Origin: Antedon mediterranea
Taxonomy: Eukaryota > Animalia > Echinodermata
Reading direction: 5' to 3'
Assembly: GCF_964355755.1 (NCBI RefSeq)
Contig: NC_092676.1
Coordinates: 17,130,871-17,194,870, forward strand
Length of the DNA: 64,000 nucleotides
The position numbers were made by a program, and so were the translations under genes. The notes beneath the pieces are model-generated. The model was given only the letters and a program-made list of their open reading frames with translations, did no database searches and was not told the origin of the DNA. Of the stretch, positions 37,891 to 52,091 are shown piece after piece. Within the stretch, counting starts at the first letter, position 1, and every line of letters starts with the position of its first letter.

Positions 37891-39310
37891 TAAACTAAGG
37901 CCTTAGTTAAATTATTTTAGACTTTTAACTTGAAAAGTGTTGACATCGATGCTAAATCGACATTGACATTAATGCTACTGAGAATCTATCATAGTGTGTC
38001 TATAGTATGTTTGGTGCCCTCATGTTTGTTGGTGTTTTTTTTGTATTGGATTTATACTGATTTTATTATTCAATTTGTGTAACAATATGCTTATTACATG
38101 ACTGCATAACTGCAAAATACAATTTTGGGGAATATTTTGTGAAAACATGTAATAAATCAGATATCAAACCGTGTTAAAACTTGTTACAAGTTGAAACAAT
38201 TTATGCAGATGTGAAACGGGTATTTGTGTTTCCTTATTTGATTTTTTATGACAAATAACCAAATGTATTGAAAATAACAAATGCCCCATTGAATACTTTA
38301 AATTACTATTTCATCAGCATTACTGAAGCTAGAAACAGTATTTTCCTTCAAATGAATGTTTGAACAAAAATAAAAATTAGATTTAAATGAATATATCATA
38401 AACAAGCATATTTTATACAGTACCACACAATAAATAGCTTAAGCTCGGCAGGTCTTCATAATCAGTAACAAAATGACATACAGTATGACAAGCATATCAA
38501 TACAAAAGAGTTACAACTAAAATGTATTTTTAAACTAAACTTTTTACTTTAGAATTTCTCTATTTTGAATCTAATTGTGTTCAGAATTGAATATTGAATA
38601 TTTGGTGATTAGATATTTACCATTATATAATATAACAGTATTAAAGAATAACGGATCAGGTGGATAGATATCCCTTGAGACGTGTAGGATAGCGATAGAT
38701 AGTCCTGCATATTACCAAGTTATATTGTTAATTACAAATCAACATTACTTCATATCTTTTCGTCGAGATATTTTCAAGTCCCAATGGATTATGCCTTGAT
38801 CTTCAGATCTCCACTATTTCTCATATTCATTGTAAAATTGTAATGCTATAGTAAAGGTAGTATCTGAGTAGGTTATTTTTTTTCTCAATATCTTGCAAGA
38901 GAAAAACTGTAATATGTTATAGGCATCAGTATTTTTGTATTCATTTGAATTATTTGTTGTGTACTTGAAAGATACACTATATATTAATAGTTATTTTAAA
39001 AATTTTGAAATTTGAATAAGTTTGGACATGATACAATAAATACATATTCCATTTGTTGAATTGTGTATCTGTTTATCATCAACTTTTCAACTCTTTAGTG
39101 AAAAGTTCACTTTTGACAATCCTTGGCATTTTGTATCCTTTATTGTTCTTGTCTTTGTATATTTCGTTTTTATGACGAAATCAAATCAAAAACATTCTCA
39201 TATAAATATTTTTTTTATTATAATAGGGCAAACAAATAATTTTCCATTGCTTTATTATTGAAAGTTGATGATTATTATAAAATGTTTCTGCTTCTTTTGT
39301 TCATTTGCAG

Positions 39311-40398
39311 ATGAAGATAATTTAACAATGACAGCAACTGATGCTAGACTCAAACATCCAGCTGCTAGTGGATTCATCATTCATCAGCCACCATCGCTAC
39401 CAAACTTGTCCGGTTTCCCAGCACGAGATTCTGGCTGCTATGCTAGTACAGAAAACTTAATCAACAACAATCGAGATCACTCGGGCATCAGAGAAAACAA
39501 TATATCTATCAACAACAACTCTGGGGGCACTTGGCCTAGACCAGCCAAAAAAGAAATGCCTGTCTCGTCTGAAGATCATTCAGATTCAACGACTTCTCCA
39601 AAGACTTCAGAGACTTCTAATGATTATGATTATGATTGTTCTAATTTAATTGAAAATAGCACAGACTCAGCTCAATCTGATAAGAGTCTACGTGAAAGTG
39701 CTAATAAGGACGATACAAATAGTAACTGTAAAACGATTGCAAGAAATCTTAACAGGGAACTTCCTGAAAAGGATGTGCATATGTTTAAAGATATCTCGAC
39801 TGGGAGATCAGAAAATGGCGTTTATTTTAATAATGATGATGACAGTTCTAACCAAACTAAACCTCCATCAGTATCAGAGCTTCTTCAACTTTATGACTCT
39901 GCTGCGAGAACAACGAGAAGTCCAACACCAAGTCCGGCAATCACCCCAGGAACTATACGGAAAAATAATTTGCTCGTACATGGGTTAGGAACAGATAAAG
40001 GATCTAATGAATCTACGGCTAGTGCCCATGAATGTGCACTGTCTTATAAAACATCAATACCCCATTCTGTGAAAAAGGAACATGTTATTAGAAGTACGGC
40101 AGTACCTCTTGAACCGGACTTTATTGAACCACTTACAGATTCTAATGATTTTGGGAGATCTGGTCCAAATGTTGGGAAGAAAAAATCTTATAAAGTGAAA
40201 CTATCTCATTTAAAGTTAGAATCTAAATCACCTTCTAGAATTATGTTATCAGATGACGAAGAACTGAGCCCTTCACCGGCAATACCTATACATCCTGCGA
40301 GAAAGCCACGCCCTCAAGGCTCTCCATTAGATGTTCTTTTACGACAGAGACTTGAAGACGATATGGTAGACTTAGCACAAGAACCATACACAGATAGG
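39311..40398 (+). CDS. SASH1: SASH1-like large exon: low-complexity Ser/Pro/Asn-rich region with PARDSGCYASTENL, ending LDVLLRQRLEDDMVDLAQEPYTDR
   Basis: tttgcag| ... agg|gtatgt, 1088 nt, phase 1-0; within ORF 39265..40641. Confidence 0.93.
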
Positions 40399-40934
40399 GT
40401 ATGTTTAATTGCTTCTATTCCAAATATTATTATTTTTTTTTTTTATTACACACCTGATTATATTCTTACAATTAAATTGGGATTATGCATCACATGTCAT
40501 TCGGCATTAGGCATAACTAATAATAATAATAAATTGCGCCTAACCCCATTTTCTACCAGTCTACGTCAAACAATTGTATGTTCCACACTTAAGAACAAAT
40601 CAATTCTGTCAATACGTCTGTTCGACTATAAGTCATGTTAGTAATTATTTTGTGAATTATACAAATTTGTTTTGCCCTATCTTATCAGGTAATATCAAAT
40701 ATGTTTTACCCGTCTTGCATATTTTGTTTTAATTATATCCAGACAATATCTGTCTATATATTGACTTGACTATAATAGCTTGGCATGTATGCAAATACTA
40801 ATATGCTCATTATAAAAGGTTGAACCTCTATACTTAGTGTCTGAAAATATGTATGTATAAAGCTATAGCCATGAGAGGATCCAGAATTTTGAAAGGGGCT
40901 TAGACACTAAATATTCAAAGTGAATTTAGGTAAA

Positions 40935-42385
40935 CTAGATTGTACGCTCGCTTCGCTCGCGTACCATCTAGGTCGTGCCCACAGATGGTTTTCGAATACA
41001 TAATAATTGCAGCGTTAAAAAACTGGCGATTTCAAATGTACGTAGGCCTACAATAATACATGTCGTTTACAGGAACGAATAAATAGACAATGATTTATGT
41101 ACTCAACTAAAATTAGCACCCTGAGAATTACTTCCGAAAGAGAAACTTGTCACAAAATGAGACCAATTGTTTAAGTCAAATTTAAACAAACTTAATTTGT
41201 GTTTTGTATGTAACATTAGGGGTGAGGGATGGGGAAAAGGATGGGTGCAAAGAGGAACAATTTTTAAATATATTAAATATATTCTTTATCCATTTAGTAA
41301 CGAAATATTAATTGTTTTCATGTTTTACAAATAATATACCACTAAACACAGTAAAACATTGCTATGTAATACTTTGTTGAAACTATCACCGTCCTAGTCG
41401 ATTGAAATAGTAGGCTACAGTACATTTAACGATACATCACTACGACGTGTATGTTTATATAATGTAAAACAATTTGTGAAAACCACCTCTATTCGAGGAA
41501 AATCATAAATTCGATTTAATCGTCAATAAATATTAAATTATCTAACTCAACTTAATTAGTATGCCTAATGGTTTTCAATTGTTTCTTAGAGCCAATTCAT
41601 ACTTAAGTTGGTTCTTACCCTACCCACCAAAGTTGTTCTGCGTTTAGGGGATGTGATGCACCGTAGGCCTATCCTGTACTGGCTTTACAACGCTACTCAT
41701 GCCAGTGAGGGAGGGGTGATGATGTGGGTGGTTTAAATGCAATAAAAAAGATGTTTACATAATATATTGCGACTGAAAACGCTAGCTCATTATCCGTTTA
41801 AAAAAAATTATATCCAACCTCTGCAGCACAGATTAAAAAAAAAATGAATCAAATTTCTGTTATGAGTATACAGTACTTGCCTTTACGACGCCTGAGGGAA
41901 TAGACACTTGTGGAACAGAGATTGGAATGTTCCATTCATCGCAAATCAATACATTTGTATAAACGTATATTAAATCTATCAAAATAGTATTTTTTAAAGA
42001 AAAGCGGCCTGTCTTCAACATTATGATGCTGTACTCGAGCTGTTCAACCGGTTTTCAGCCATTAAAAATAATTATCGTAGGAGGAGATAGGAAAATGCGA
42101 AGCATCCTCGTATTATTGTCTGTGGGTATTTTTCAAGACGGACATCCATTAGACAGTGTATACCACGATCGAAAAACACCCCTATTTGAGGCAAATCGTT
42201 GAACCTAAATTCGTTTTAATTGTCAATAACTAATTATCTAACTCAATTTAATTAGTAAACAGGGTTACATCAGGTGGTTAAAATCAGTACCGAGATTCTA
42301 ACCAACTTTATATACCATCGAGTAAACATTCTAGAAATAACGCGTGATTTACCGAATTTTGCCCTTACGTAAATTTATATATAGA
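40935..42385 (-). mobile_element. non-autonomous Helitron, copy 2
   Basis: Same A|TC...hairpin CTAG|T termini as 25138-26381; different central segment. Confidence 0.85.
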
Positions 42386-42964
42386 TAACACCCCTATATA
42401 GTCAGAAATGGTACTGTTGCAAATAAATATGATAAAATATGGCACTATTTTATAGTTTGAGGTAGCCTGTTTAGCCCCCGCTTTTATCCACACTTGACAA
42501 TTCTGCAATTTGCTGTGAAACAAAAGGCTTGGACAACCATTTAACATAACATTTATTTGATACTTAAATGAAGCACTGAAATTTCAACATAGCAGTGATC
42601 CTTGTGAGACATACCAATTAACGATTTTTTTAATCCAAAAAATGAAAATTAAAATATCTATTTGCTCCAACATGTTCGGTCAGTTTAGTTCAGAAGGGTT
42701 TCAAAACTTTTACCAGAAAGAAACTATTTTTCTGTCCAGTAGTAAATAAATGTAAAAAATGACATACCAAACACAAGTTTGCTTCTTCTAAATTAGAAGA
42801 ATTTCCAAAACTGGAATTAAGGACTTTACAGAAGTAATACAAGATTTTTAATACATACACACTGTATATACATTTGCTCCAATGTTTGCAGTATGTCTAT
42901 CTATCACCTGTTAAATAGAAATTTTGTTATTTTTTATTATTTCAAATTGTATTACCAACTCCAA

Positions 42965-43318
42965 CGAGCGAGTCAAATGGCTAAGCGGTTTAAATCCAGT
43001 CAAATGGCTCAGCGGTTAAGGCAGGGGCGCCGTTTACCTTACCTGAAGAGCCAACAACATCGGCAAGGGTGTGAGGCCGACTCGCTCCTAGTTCTGGTGG
43101 AGGAACAAGTCTTCTCGGATAAGGACTATAAGTTTTAGGTCCAGTACACAGTTATAACCTGTGTGAACCCAGTTCATTATTTGAAAAGAATAGGGGGATA
43201 CCCCGATGAACTGGTTCACAAAATAGCCCCTGTATCAGGCTGATTACCACCTATCTACTAGGACAGTGATAAATTTACTATTGGTAATCCTTGGCCACAT
43301 TGCCTAAATAAAATAAAA
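42965..43318 (+). mobile_element. tRNA-derived SINE with Nin-like central domain
   Basis: Duplicated A-box-like head agtcaaatggct(a/c)agcggtt; tctcggataaggactataag and gaaaagaataggggg motifs; A-rich tail ending about 30 nt before the exon acceptor at 43347. Confidence 0.65.
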
Positions 43319-43347
43319 CATTTTCAAAAAATTGTCTTATTTATTAG

Positions 43348-43479
43348 CTTGGTGTCTGTGGTATTCCGTCAGCTTTGGTTCAGCGTTACACAGAGGAACT
43401 AAAACATCCGTTAATTGAGGTAGCGGAAGGGCTTGAAAGAATTAGAATCACACATTTGAAAGATGTAGGTAGAATGGGG
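43348..43479 (+). CDS. SASH1: SASH1-like exon: LGVCGIPSALVQRYTEELKHPLIEVAEGLERIRITHLKDVGRMG
   Basis: ttattag| ... ggg|gtaagt, 132 nt, phase 0-0. Resembles recalled SASH1 HGRCGIPEALVQRYAEDL. Confidence 0.93.
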
Positions 43480-44265
43480 GTAAGTACACAGTTTGATTTT
43501 CTTGCTTTCTTAAACTGTCTTTAGATGCAAGAAGTTCTTCAAAATTTCATTAGGCCTATCCAGCTATCCATCTATCCAAATTCAAAGAGTAACATAATTT
43601 ACCAACTTTAAACCACTTTTTTTAATTTAAGCATCCTTTTAAATATTTAGCCTAAATTGTCTTTTATTTTATGTTTGATTAATTAAACAAAAACAATTAG
43701 ATACTAGTGAACACAAAAGTTTATCATTAATCAATCTCAGACACACGGATTTGAAATGTATTATACTCAATAGGTAAATGCAAATGTCGCTAGAAGCTAT
43801 ATAATATATTTTCTAAAGTCGGCCAATCAAACTATTCATATTTTGTTAGGCTTAGGGACCTATTTATTAGTACATGTTAGGGTTGATTTACATCACATTG
43901 TCTGTTACATCAGATGCAATACATACAATGTGTATTACATAATCACATTGTTGAGGTAGTTGAGAACATAGTGAGTAAAAGGTAAACATAACTCAATCCC
44001 TTTAATCATCTTTACATGTAATACCAGAAGGTCCTCTGAATAATTTTATATAAAATATTAGACAAAGGTATACCCCCAAATAAATTGATGTTCAAATCTA
44101 TTTGATCATTTTAAAGAATCAGCTTATTGACTCACATGTGGCTTATATGTGTAAGAGCATTCACCACTGGTGACACTCTGTAGAAACTTCCAGATTTTTG
44201 CTAGATGATGTGAAAGAAGTAATAATTATACATTAGTAAAAAGGTTTATCTGGATCTTTGTATAG

Positions 44266-44380
44266 TATTCAAGTAATTTTTCTTTTGGATCATCCAAAGT
44301 CAAATAAAAATCGTAAAACTTATGCTTTTTACTCTAGCTTTACGATTTTTATACAAATCCAAAAGAAAATTACTTGAATA
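44266..44380. mobile_element. small hairpin / MITE-like inverted repeat
   Basis: tattcaagtaatttttcttttggat pairs with atccaaaagaaaattacttgaata; inner ataaaaatcgtaaa pairs with tttacgatttttat. Confidence 0.65.
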
Positions 44381-47300
44381 ATAATTAGACAGTATACAAT
44401 GCATCAACAAGATAAATAATACAAAGTGTTCATACTGTACATATAATAATTTCAATGAAAATTATTTTTCTTTTCTGTTTCTCCCTTTAAAACCTTTTTT
44501 AGTGAAACATTTCTGTTGACAAAGTACAAAATGTTGTTGTATACAATTGGTGAGAATTCATGGTCTTTATTTTATTTAATTCAAATAAGTACATAGATTG
44601 CTTCCAGATTATTATAAATTAATATTGATGCTGTTCATGTAAGATTCATGTTCAATAATCCTTACAACTATCCATATGATGTAGTTTATTATATTATTCA
44701 ATTGCTATTTCATATCAATTGATATTCATTGATAAATCTAGTTTCGAATTTGAGTTCAGAAATATAATTTTAGTCTCTTATTTCATATTAAGGCAGATTT
44801 GTTTCCATTTTTTGTAAACGATATTATTATCTTCAACCCTATGTGGAGAGGTTTTAAAAGTAATTGTCACCAAAACCCAAAAATAAATATGAATAAAAAC
44901 AAACTTGGCCATGTTGTGAGTTGCCAAAAAAGTTAATTTTAATTTAATAAAAAATCCATTGACTTCCAGAAAATGAGCTTCCACCTAATTTTGTTTTTCT
45001 TTTTAATCACAGTTTTATAAGCTACATGTTTTTTTTTGCAAAATGAATATTAAATTATTATGTAACATAAAGTGGCCTACTCATATTTTTTTTGGCCTCA
45101 AAAATTCAAATATTTAGAGAGACAATAAATTCATTCAAACCTAATTTGAGGCATCATCCAAAAAATATATAAACATAACTGAGCTTAAAAATGTTTTAAT
45201 AAAAAATAGATAACTGAAACATAATTAAATTAAGTAAGTATATAAACAAGCCCTAATAATCTAATTTATTTGATTTCTGTCTGCCTTGATCAATAATACT
45301 GTAGCCAGTACGTGTCATTCACCTAGCAATATAAATAAAGTCCTTGCCATGGGACTTTTACATAAATTTGTACTGATTCTAATATAGACCTGCAGATATT
45401 CTGACAGTTATAATTTAATAATTATTGTCAAAAAATAATAAATAAAAACTGTCTATCATCAAACTATCTGATACAATCTGTAACTTAGAATGTGGGTGTA
45501 TTGTTGCCTTTATAGGGTGAATTTTGTTTTTACTTTTAATATGAGTGCTAGCTAGATAATAATCAAAAAGTTTGACAGACTTGCTGAAAGTGACTGTAAC
45601 TTTCTATAAAATTGGAATTATTACATTGAAACTATAAACTAATTTTTTCCACAATTTATGCCTTAATATACACAGTCTATAAATAAGTCATATAAATATT
45701 TTAAAATATGAAAAAACTTGCAAGATAAATTAGCTTCCGGGTTTAAAATGTGTATTTTTAAAATATTTTCAAATATAATCCTACCAACAAGAGCTTCTTT
45801 ATTTAAAGTTGTACTCTACAGATCTTTTTTGTAATGAAATTCACAAAAATTGACTGTCATTCATATATATTTTGATACATTTTTCTTTTAAAAAAAAGTA
45901 TATAAATAATTTAGAATAGTCAATATTACACAGAAAAATATAATTTTTTATTTAAAATAGTTACATGGTTAGCGTTGGTTAATCATTGAAAATCGGTTTA
46001 ATTCTTAATCTAATAACATTATGACAAAATTCTGTAACACCAATTTTTTTTTAATTGGGGTTATTTCACCATGCTTGTTCTGTTTCACTGCTTACGAAAA
46101 ACATTATCAATGCCGTTGCCAAGGGGTATACAAATAAAATTGTAGCGTTCTAATAATTTAAATTTTAAAATAACTAATAAATTAGGAATTCATATGTGTG
46201 AATAAACGATTTTGGTCATATTAGGTTTCAAACAAAGCAATACAACAAAATGGTATGTTCCATCACATTCTTGTCTGGAGCCAAATGCACATCATAAAAT
46301 ATTGAAAAGATTAAATCCTCACATTAAACATTCACATTTCACACATTTCAAAATTCAATTAAATATTTTAAGCTTTCTTGTCAAACCCAGTTGACCAGTT
46401 CATTAATGTATCTTCCAGATGTTCTGTTATATGGTTTGGCTTTTTTTTTCAAAGTTAAAATTGAATCTTGCTATACATTGCTATTACTCTCAAGAATTGA
46501 CTCTTTCAAAATCCTTTTGTTCTTTAATTTAATGTTTTCTTCTCTTTCTTTTTCTTCTTTTCTGTTTCTGTATTTACATAATAACATACATTGTTAAAAC
46601 GATTTTGTTCTGCCCGGTAAACCAATTAAAATTAACGAAATTGCTCTAAAAGCCAGAACTTCCAAGACCAGTGTCCTTTGTGGCACCCTGGCCCAGCCCT
46701 AATAAATATGTATAATTTTCCCTTGAAAAACCTCAAAGCATTCTTTCTAGATTCTTCTTTCCTTGTAAATATTTCAAATGTATCCAATTATCCTCCTTCA
46801 TCTTCCATCATTATCATCTCAGATTGGCTTCAAAACTGTTATGCTTGTTCTTACTGTAATTTTGTATACAATATTATTGATTTTGATGTTTCTCAATTTT
46901 TTTTTCTCCATTCTCTCTTCTCCAACCTTCTATCACAAATATGACTTCTTTTCAGGCAACCCTCTGCTCTGTTTTCAATCCTCACTCTTTCCTAGATTCT
47001 GCAAACTTTTGAATGTTCTTCTCTCAGATTCAGACCTTGCTCTTCTTGGCAAGTTTTGTGAATTTGAAAGTCATCGTCTTGTCTTCACTTCTCATACCTA
47101 AATTCTCCTTCCTCCCCCCCCCCCCCTCTATTTACATTATTTATTTCTTTTTGTTTTTATTTTTTTATATTACTGTTTTGTTGTCTTACTACAAAATTTT
47201 GATTTTTGCCACTGTTCACTCGATCTTATCAATTCTCTTAAAAACAAACTTTTTTTCTATTCACTGGAAATGGTAGAGTTGAGGAAACAGTTGTTTAGGA

Positions 47301-48069
47301 CAAATAATTTATTGAAAAAGATATTTCATATCAAGCAGTTGCTGGCACTTATGCTGATTGTGATTCTTCTGTTAAGCTTCTGAATATATTTAGATCATCT
47401 TCTGCATGACATCCAGAAAATGATGATAACTTTTGACCAGTTTTACCCAATTTCACACAATTTAATTCATATCTATATTAGAAAATTTAGAGCATGTAAT
47501 AATTTTGATTAACCCCATTCCTATGGGAATCAGTTTGTAATACATGATATATATTCCAGGAATTAATAGCAAACTCAAGGCAATCTATTTGATAACTTCT
47601 GCTTCAAGATTCACCTACCTGCTTAATTATAGCTTGTTATGTAAATATTGACTTTCACCCACTGCAAGCCTATCAATTACAAAAAGATCACTGGAAATAG
47701 GTTGCTTTATTTGCCTGATGATTAATAACAGGTTTTGATACTAGCATATTAATTGTGAAGCTAAAATAATTCCAATTTCCTAATTTAGGCTTGATTTCAG
47801 TGTAGCTGCGATTTCAGTTTTACCACAAGTTCAACTTTAGGACTTATACTATGTCAAGGGACTGCTTTACATTAAATGACAGTGCTTATACTACATTGAT
47901 ACATTATTTATTAAAACTTTATTTTGACACATATTTTTAATTGTTTCACATACTAAAGTGTTGCTATTACCAAATTTTAAAAAACAGATAAGCAATGGTT
48001 GAAATGTAAATGTATTTATTCTGGTCCTCAAGCTATAAACTGGAAACTGAGGAAATTTGGATTAAAACT

Positions 48070-48262
48070 TTTACGGACCCATGGCAGACAGCAGTGCAGC
48101 AAATACCAGATCAGCACATCGGGAGACAATCCCCATCTCTTTCAAAATAGTGTACCAAGTTCTTTAATGTTCACTATGTACAGAGGACCAACGGCTTTAC
48201 ATCCCATCCGAAGGACGAGACAATGAGATTAAGGCATCTTGCCAGGCAGACAAGGTGCTCGC
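48070..48262 (-). mobile_element. SINE fragment (Nin-like domain), reverse strand
   Basis: ccccatctctttcaaaatagtgtaccaagttcttt and ggaccaacggctttacatcccatccgaaggacga resemble reverse-strand SINE motifs related to 42965-43318. Confidence 0.55.
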
Positions 48263-48535
48263 CTCGTCTGAAGTTTTCAATTTTTCACTACCCACCCCAA
48301 ATTCCCAACACAGATTTTATATTAAAATTTATATTTAAAGCATCTTTGCCTCGTCTGTTGTTAACCTCTCGCTCAGCATTTGATACAGATACTGTGGGCT
48401 CGAATACATGCCTATCACATGTTAGTCCGATATTATTATATATTACACCATCACTCTCTGGTATATACAGCACCGACGCAATTCACAGAGATAGACTAGA
48501 AATCATATGATAGAATACTATTATTGTTGAAACTA

Positions 48536-48708
48536 GGCTGTATTTCTGACAACCAGTTCAACAATCATGTATTGTTGTGTATAGTGGTGACATTATCACT
48601 GGGTTGAGATAAATCCTGTCTAGCTGTATATTTGACAACCAGTTCAACATAATCATGTATTGTTGTGCATAGTGGTGACATTATCACTGGGTTGAGATAA
48701 ATCGTGTC
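48536..48708. repeat. direct tandem duplication of ~87 bp
   Basis: tgacaaccagttcaaca...gtggtgacattatcactgggttgagataaatc occurs twice. Confidence 0.9.
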
Positions 48709-49382
48709 ATACTGTAAAATGCAATACATATATAAATATATTGGTTTCCATAAGTTTCAAATGATATGTAACCGATATATGCGAAGCTACTTTTTTGTAT
48801 CGTGTTTTAATTTGAGTTTTGTTTTGAAGATCATTATATGGAATGTTGTTCACTTTAATTTAAAGTTGAATCTTCTTTCTGCGACACATCAAACCACATC
48901 AAATTAAAGATCCCAATTTCGGAGCGCCAGACAAAGTGCAGACAGAAACAATACCACATACTTCTACTCACGATAAATGAACAGATCTGGATGTGCACTT
49001 TCAGAAACAATGAACAGGGATACTCAATCAAACTAATTTGAAAGAATTAGTTACAACTGAGTCAGTTTATTTGTTATCCCAATATTAGATATATCATTAT
49101 TATTTATGAGCATTATTTAATTTGATGATATCAGTACTTAATACACAACTGTCTATTTCTGATTTGACAAACATGTATTTATTTATTAATACCAATCATC
49201 TATGGAAATTTCATTCAAGATTGTATGTAGAAGTACATTTATAGAGACATAAAATGTATAGCTGTTTAATGTTCTTCTTTTTCTCAATTAAATTTTTTTT
49301 TGTCTATTACTCTATTCTCAATGCAGAACATATGATAGACGTGGTAATATTTTTTATTAAATAATTTACCCTACTCGTTTAA

Positions 49383-49595
49383 AGATGTATTGTCCCCCAA
49401 AAACAAGAAAAATGAAGATTAATTAAATCAGACTTTGAATATGTTATTTTGTAGTTTTAATAAAGTTAATCACTTCCATCACAGTTTTTTCAGGTAATCC
49501 AATTTTTGGTCAAAGTGGATAACTATTATGTTACATTAAAATGGCATATTAAAAAAAATATTTGGGAATTATTTTTTCAGGGGGACAATACATCT
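49383..49595. mobile_element. TTAA-flanked non-autonomous DNA transposon (Kolobok-like)
   Basis: ttaa|agatgtattgtcccc ... ggggacaatacatct|ttaa; related fragments at ~27290-27480 and ~49790-50025. Confidence 0.8.
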
Positions 49596-51700
49596 TTAAA
49601 TGTTTGTTCTTCTTTATCTTAATTTAATTTAACAATTTTTTTTTTTTTGTTCATAACTTTATTCTCAATAGAGAGCAAATAATAGATAGACTTTTTATTG
49701 AGTAATTTAACCTACTCTTTTATATCTTAATCAAAATTGGACTGTAAAACCTCAATTAAAAGCTTACAGTCTTCTTCTGCATTGTTCCAAAAAATAATGA
49801 TGTATTAATCAAACTTTGAATTGGTCGTTTTATAGGTTTAGTAAAGCCATACACTTTTTCTAAAAGTATTAAGAAAAAATAGTAATTTCACTTAATACAA
49901 AAAAGACAAGATTCAGAGATAAATTTAACTTTAAAAAAATCATGCTTGAGTTTTATCAAGTATATATATTGGTTTTTTTCAATTTAAATTCACCAAAAAA
50001 AAATGTCATGGAGACAATGTCTTTAATAGATTTGATTTAAATTAAAGCTCAATGCAAGATGTTTTTCTTTCCTTCTTTAGTGTTAAGGTGTTTTAAAGTT
50101 TATATTATGATCAAACCATCCTACAATTTTACCACAAATTTCTGATTTAGTTAAACTGGAAACAAAATTCTAAATGCTTTTTTGTTCAATTAAGCCCATG
50201 GGTTTCTAATTGAGATTTTATGGTTCATACTTACGAATACTGCTAATTAATTGCTGTATCAATTTTATTTATAAATATATTTTATAACCACTGTTCTTCT
50301 GTGAACGTACAACGTGTATATTCACCCGACAATACATAGTGCATTAAGATATTATGAAACTGAGTTTGAGGTAAAGCTATATGTTAACGCACTATGGTAA
50401 TGCCGGACAAATTACCACGTTTAAAATATGCATATTATATGTTGAGTAGTCACTTGTATTTAATGAATAAAATATTTATTTATCGAATGTCTCATCCATT
50501 ATTCTGAATTTAATCTCAGTGAATATATTAATTAAGTGATAACATTGTTGCATGAACTAAGATTTTCAACATTTGTATAAAGTTTGTTGTAGGTAATATA
50601 GTACTGGTAGTTTGGTATTGTGGCACTGTAGTTTGATGGTTAACATTGCTTACCAATTCCAGGGTCATGTGTTCAAATCAAGATGTTAAAATATTATTTT
50701 TTACATGGTTTTAGCACTAACGTCATTTACATAATATAATTTGTTTGTTTCATTCTCATATTTTATTTTTACAACAATAACCATATACATATTATATATT
50801 TGAAAATCTTTCGTAAACAAATCAATAATATTTAGACTGAAGTAAAGTGTGATTTTTTTGTGTTTCAAAGTACAATGAGGCACTCAATGCAATAAACAGT
50901 TTGTATGATGGTTACCAAAAAAAAAAGGGGGGGGGGTAAAAATGTAGAATGATTTTGAAATAGTCCCTAAGATTGTGAAAGTAACTTTTTTTTTGCTGTT
51001 CTTTTTACAAAGAATTTATTTGATACTATCAACCCTAAAATGTATCATGTATATACAGAATATACTACAAAAATGACAAATGTTATAACTCTGCTTTACT
51101 TTATAATACCTGATTTATAGATATATTTGAATTGATTGCCCTTTTAATGCGGACCCTTTGAAGTTATAAATACAAATTGTTCATAGTTTTTTAAATATGT
51201 TACAGTAAGTGTCATATTGATGTAAAACTAAAAGGTCAATGACATACCAGTTATTATAGTGTTTCTGACAAAATATTAAATCTTAATGATGGCATGCTTT
51301 TTCATATAATATTCAATATTTTTTGTAATATGTTTTTTATGCATTCCTTTTTAACATATTTTGCAATTAAAACTAAAGGATTAAAATACTAAATAATATT
51401 TCCACTTGAAAAACTTTATAGGCTACTATTGATAGTTTATTTTAGAACATTGTGAATTGGATCCATATTAAAAATGTATTCTTTTTAATTGTTACCATAA
51501 ATATATAGCAATGGTATGCTATTATAAAACCATTTAATTAGAGGATAGTTTTTTACAATCAAGGTTATAGTAATTTTGTTCATTATTTTCACCCTCCAGA
51601 ATAAAGTTACACAGGTTACAGGTCAACAAATTTGCATAATAATATACATTTATTGAAAATTCGGAATCATCATCATACATACAGTAACCATTGCTTTTAA

Positions 51701-51844
51701 AGCTCTATGTACACTATCAATCTAGTTAGACCAAAAAAAGTGTGATGTGCCCAAATTTTGTAGTGATATGATGTCATTGTGTCCATATTATTATAGGTAT
51801 ATCACATGTTTGTGTCACATAAAGTTTGATAGTGTAGACAGAGG
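51701..51844. mobile_element. Tourist/Harbinger-like MITE family A, inverted copy
   Basis: taa|agctctatgtacactatcaa ... tttgatagtgtagacagagg|taa. Confidence 0.75.
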
Positions 51845-52091
51845 TAACTCTTTAAAATCCCTTCATCAAATTCATTTCATCTTTACCTGTACTTCTAAAG
51901 AAAAAAAAATTGAACAAAAGAGTAACATTTTCTAATAGTTCAACCATCTTCTTTTTCAGTGACAAATAAATAATGATTTACAGTTCATTAATCTATTCAA
52001 AACAAACTCCACTGGCTCCACCCTAAATTAATCTATATTATAAGAAGAACAAACAATAATCACTAAATGGTTTTGTTTTTTATTCTTTTAG

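Noticed and set aside
39650-39988. 112-aa alternate-frame ORF within the large exon
   Set aside because: Shadow frame with a non-ATG start and no recognisable features.
50620-50682. tRNA gene
   Set aside because: Only degenerate A/B-box-like motifs and no cloverleaf; at most a SINE head relic (likewise ~6065-6120 on the minus strand).
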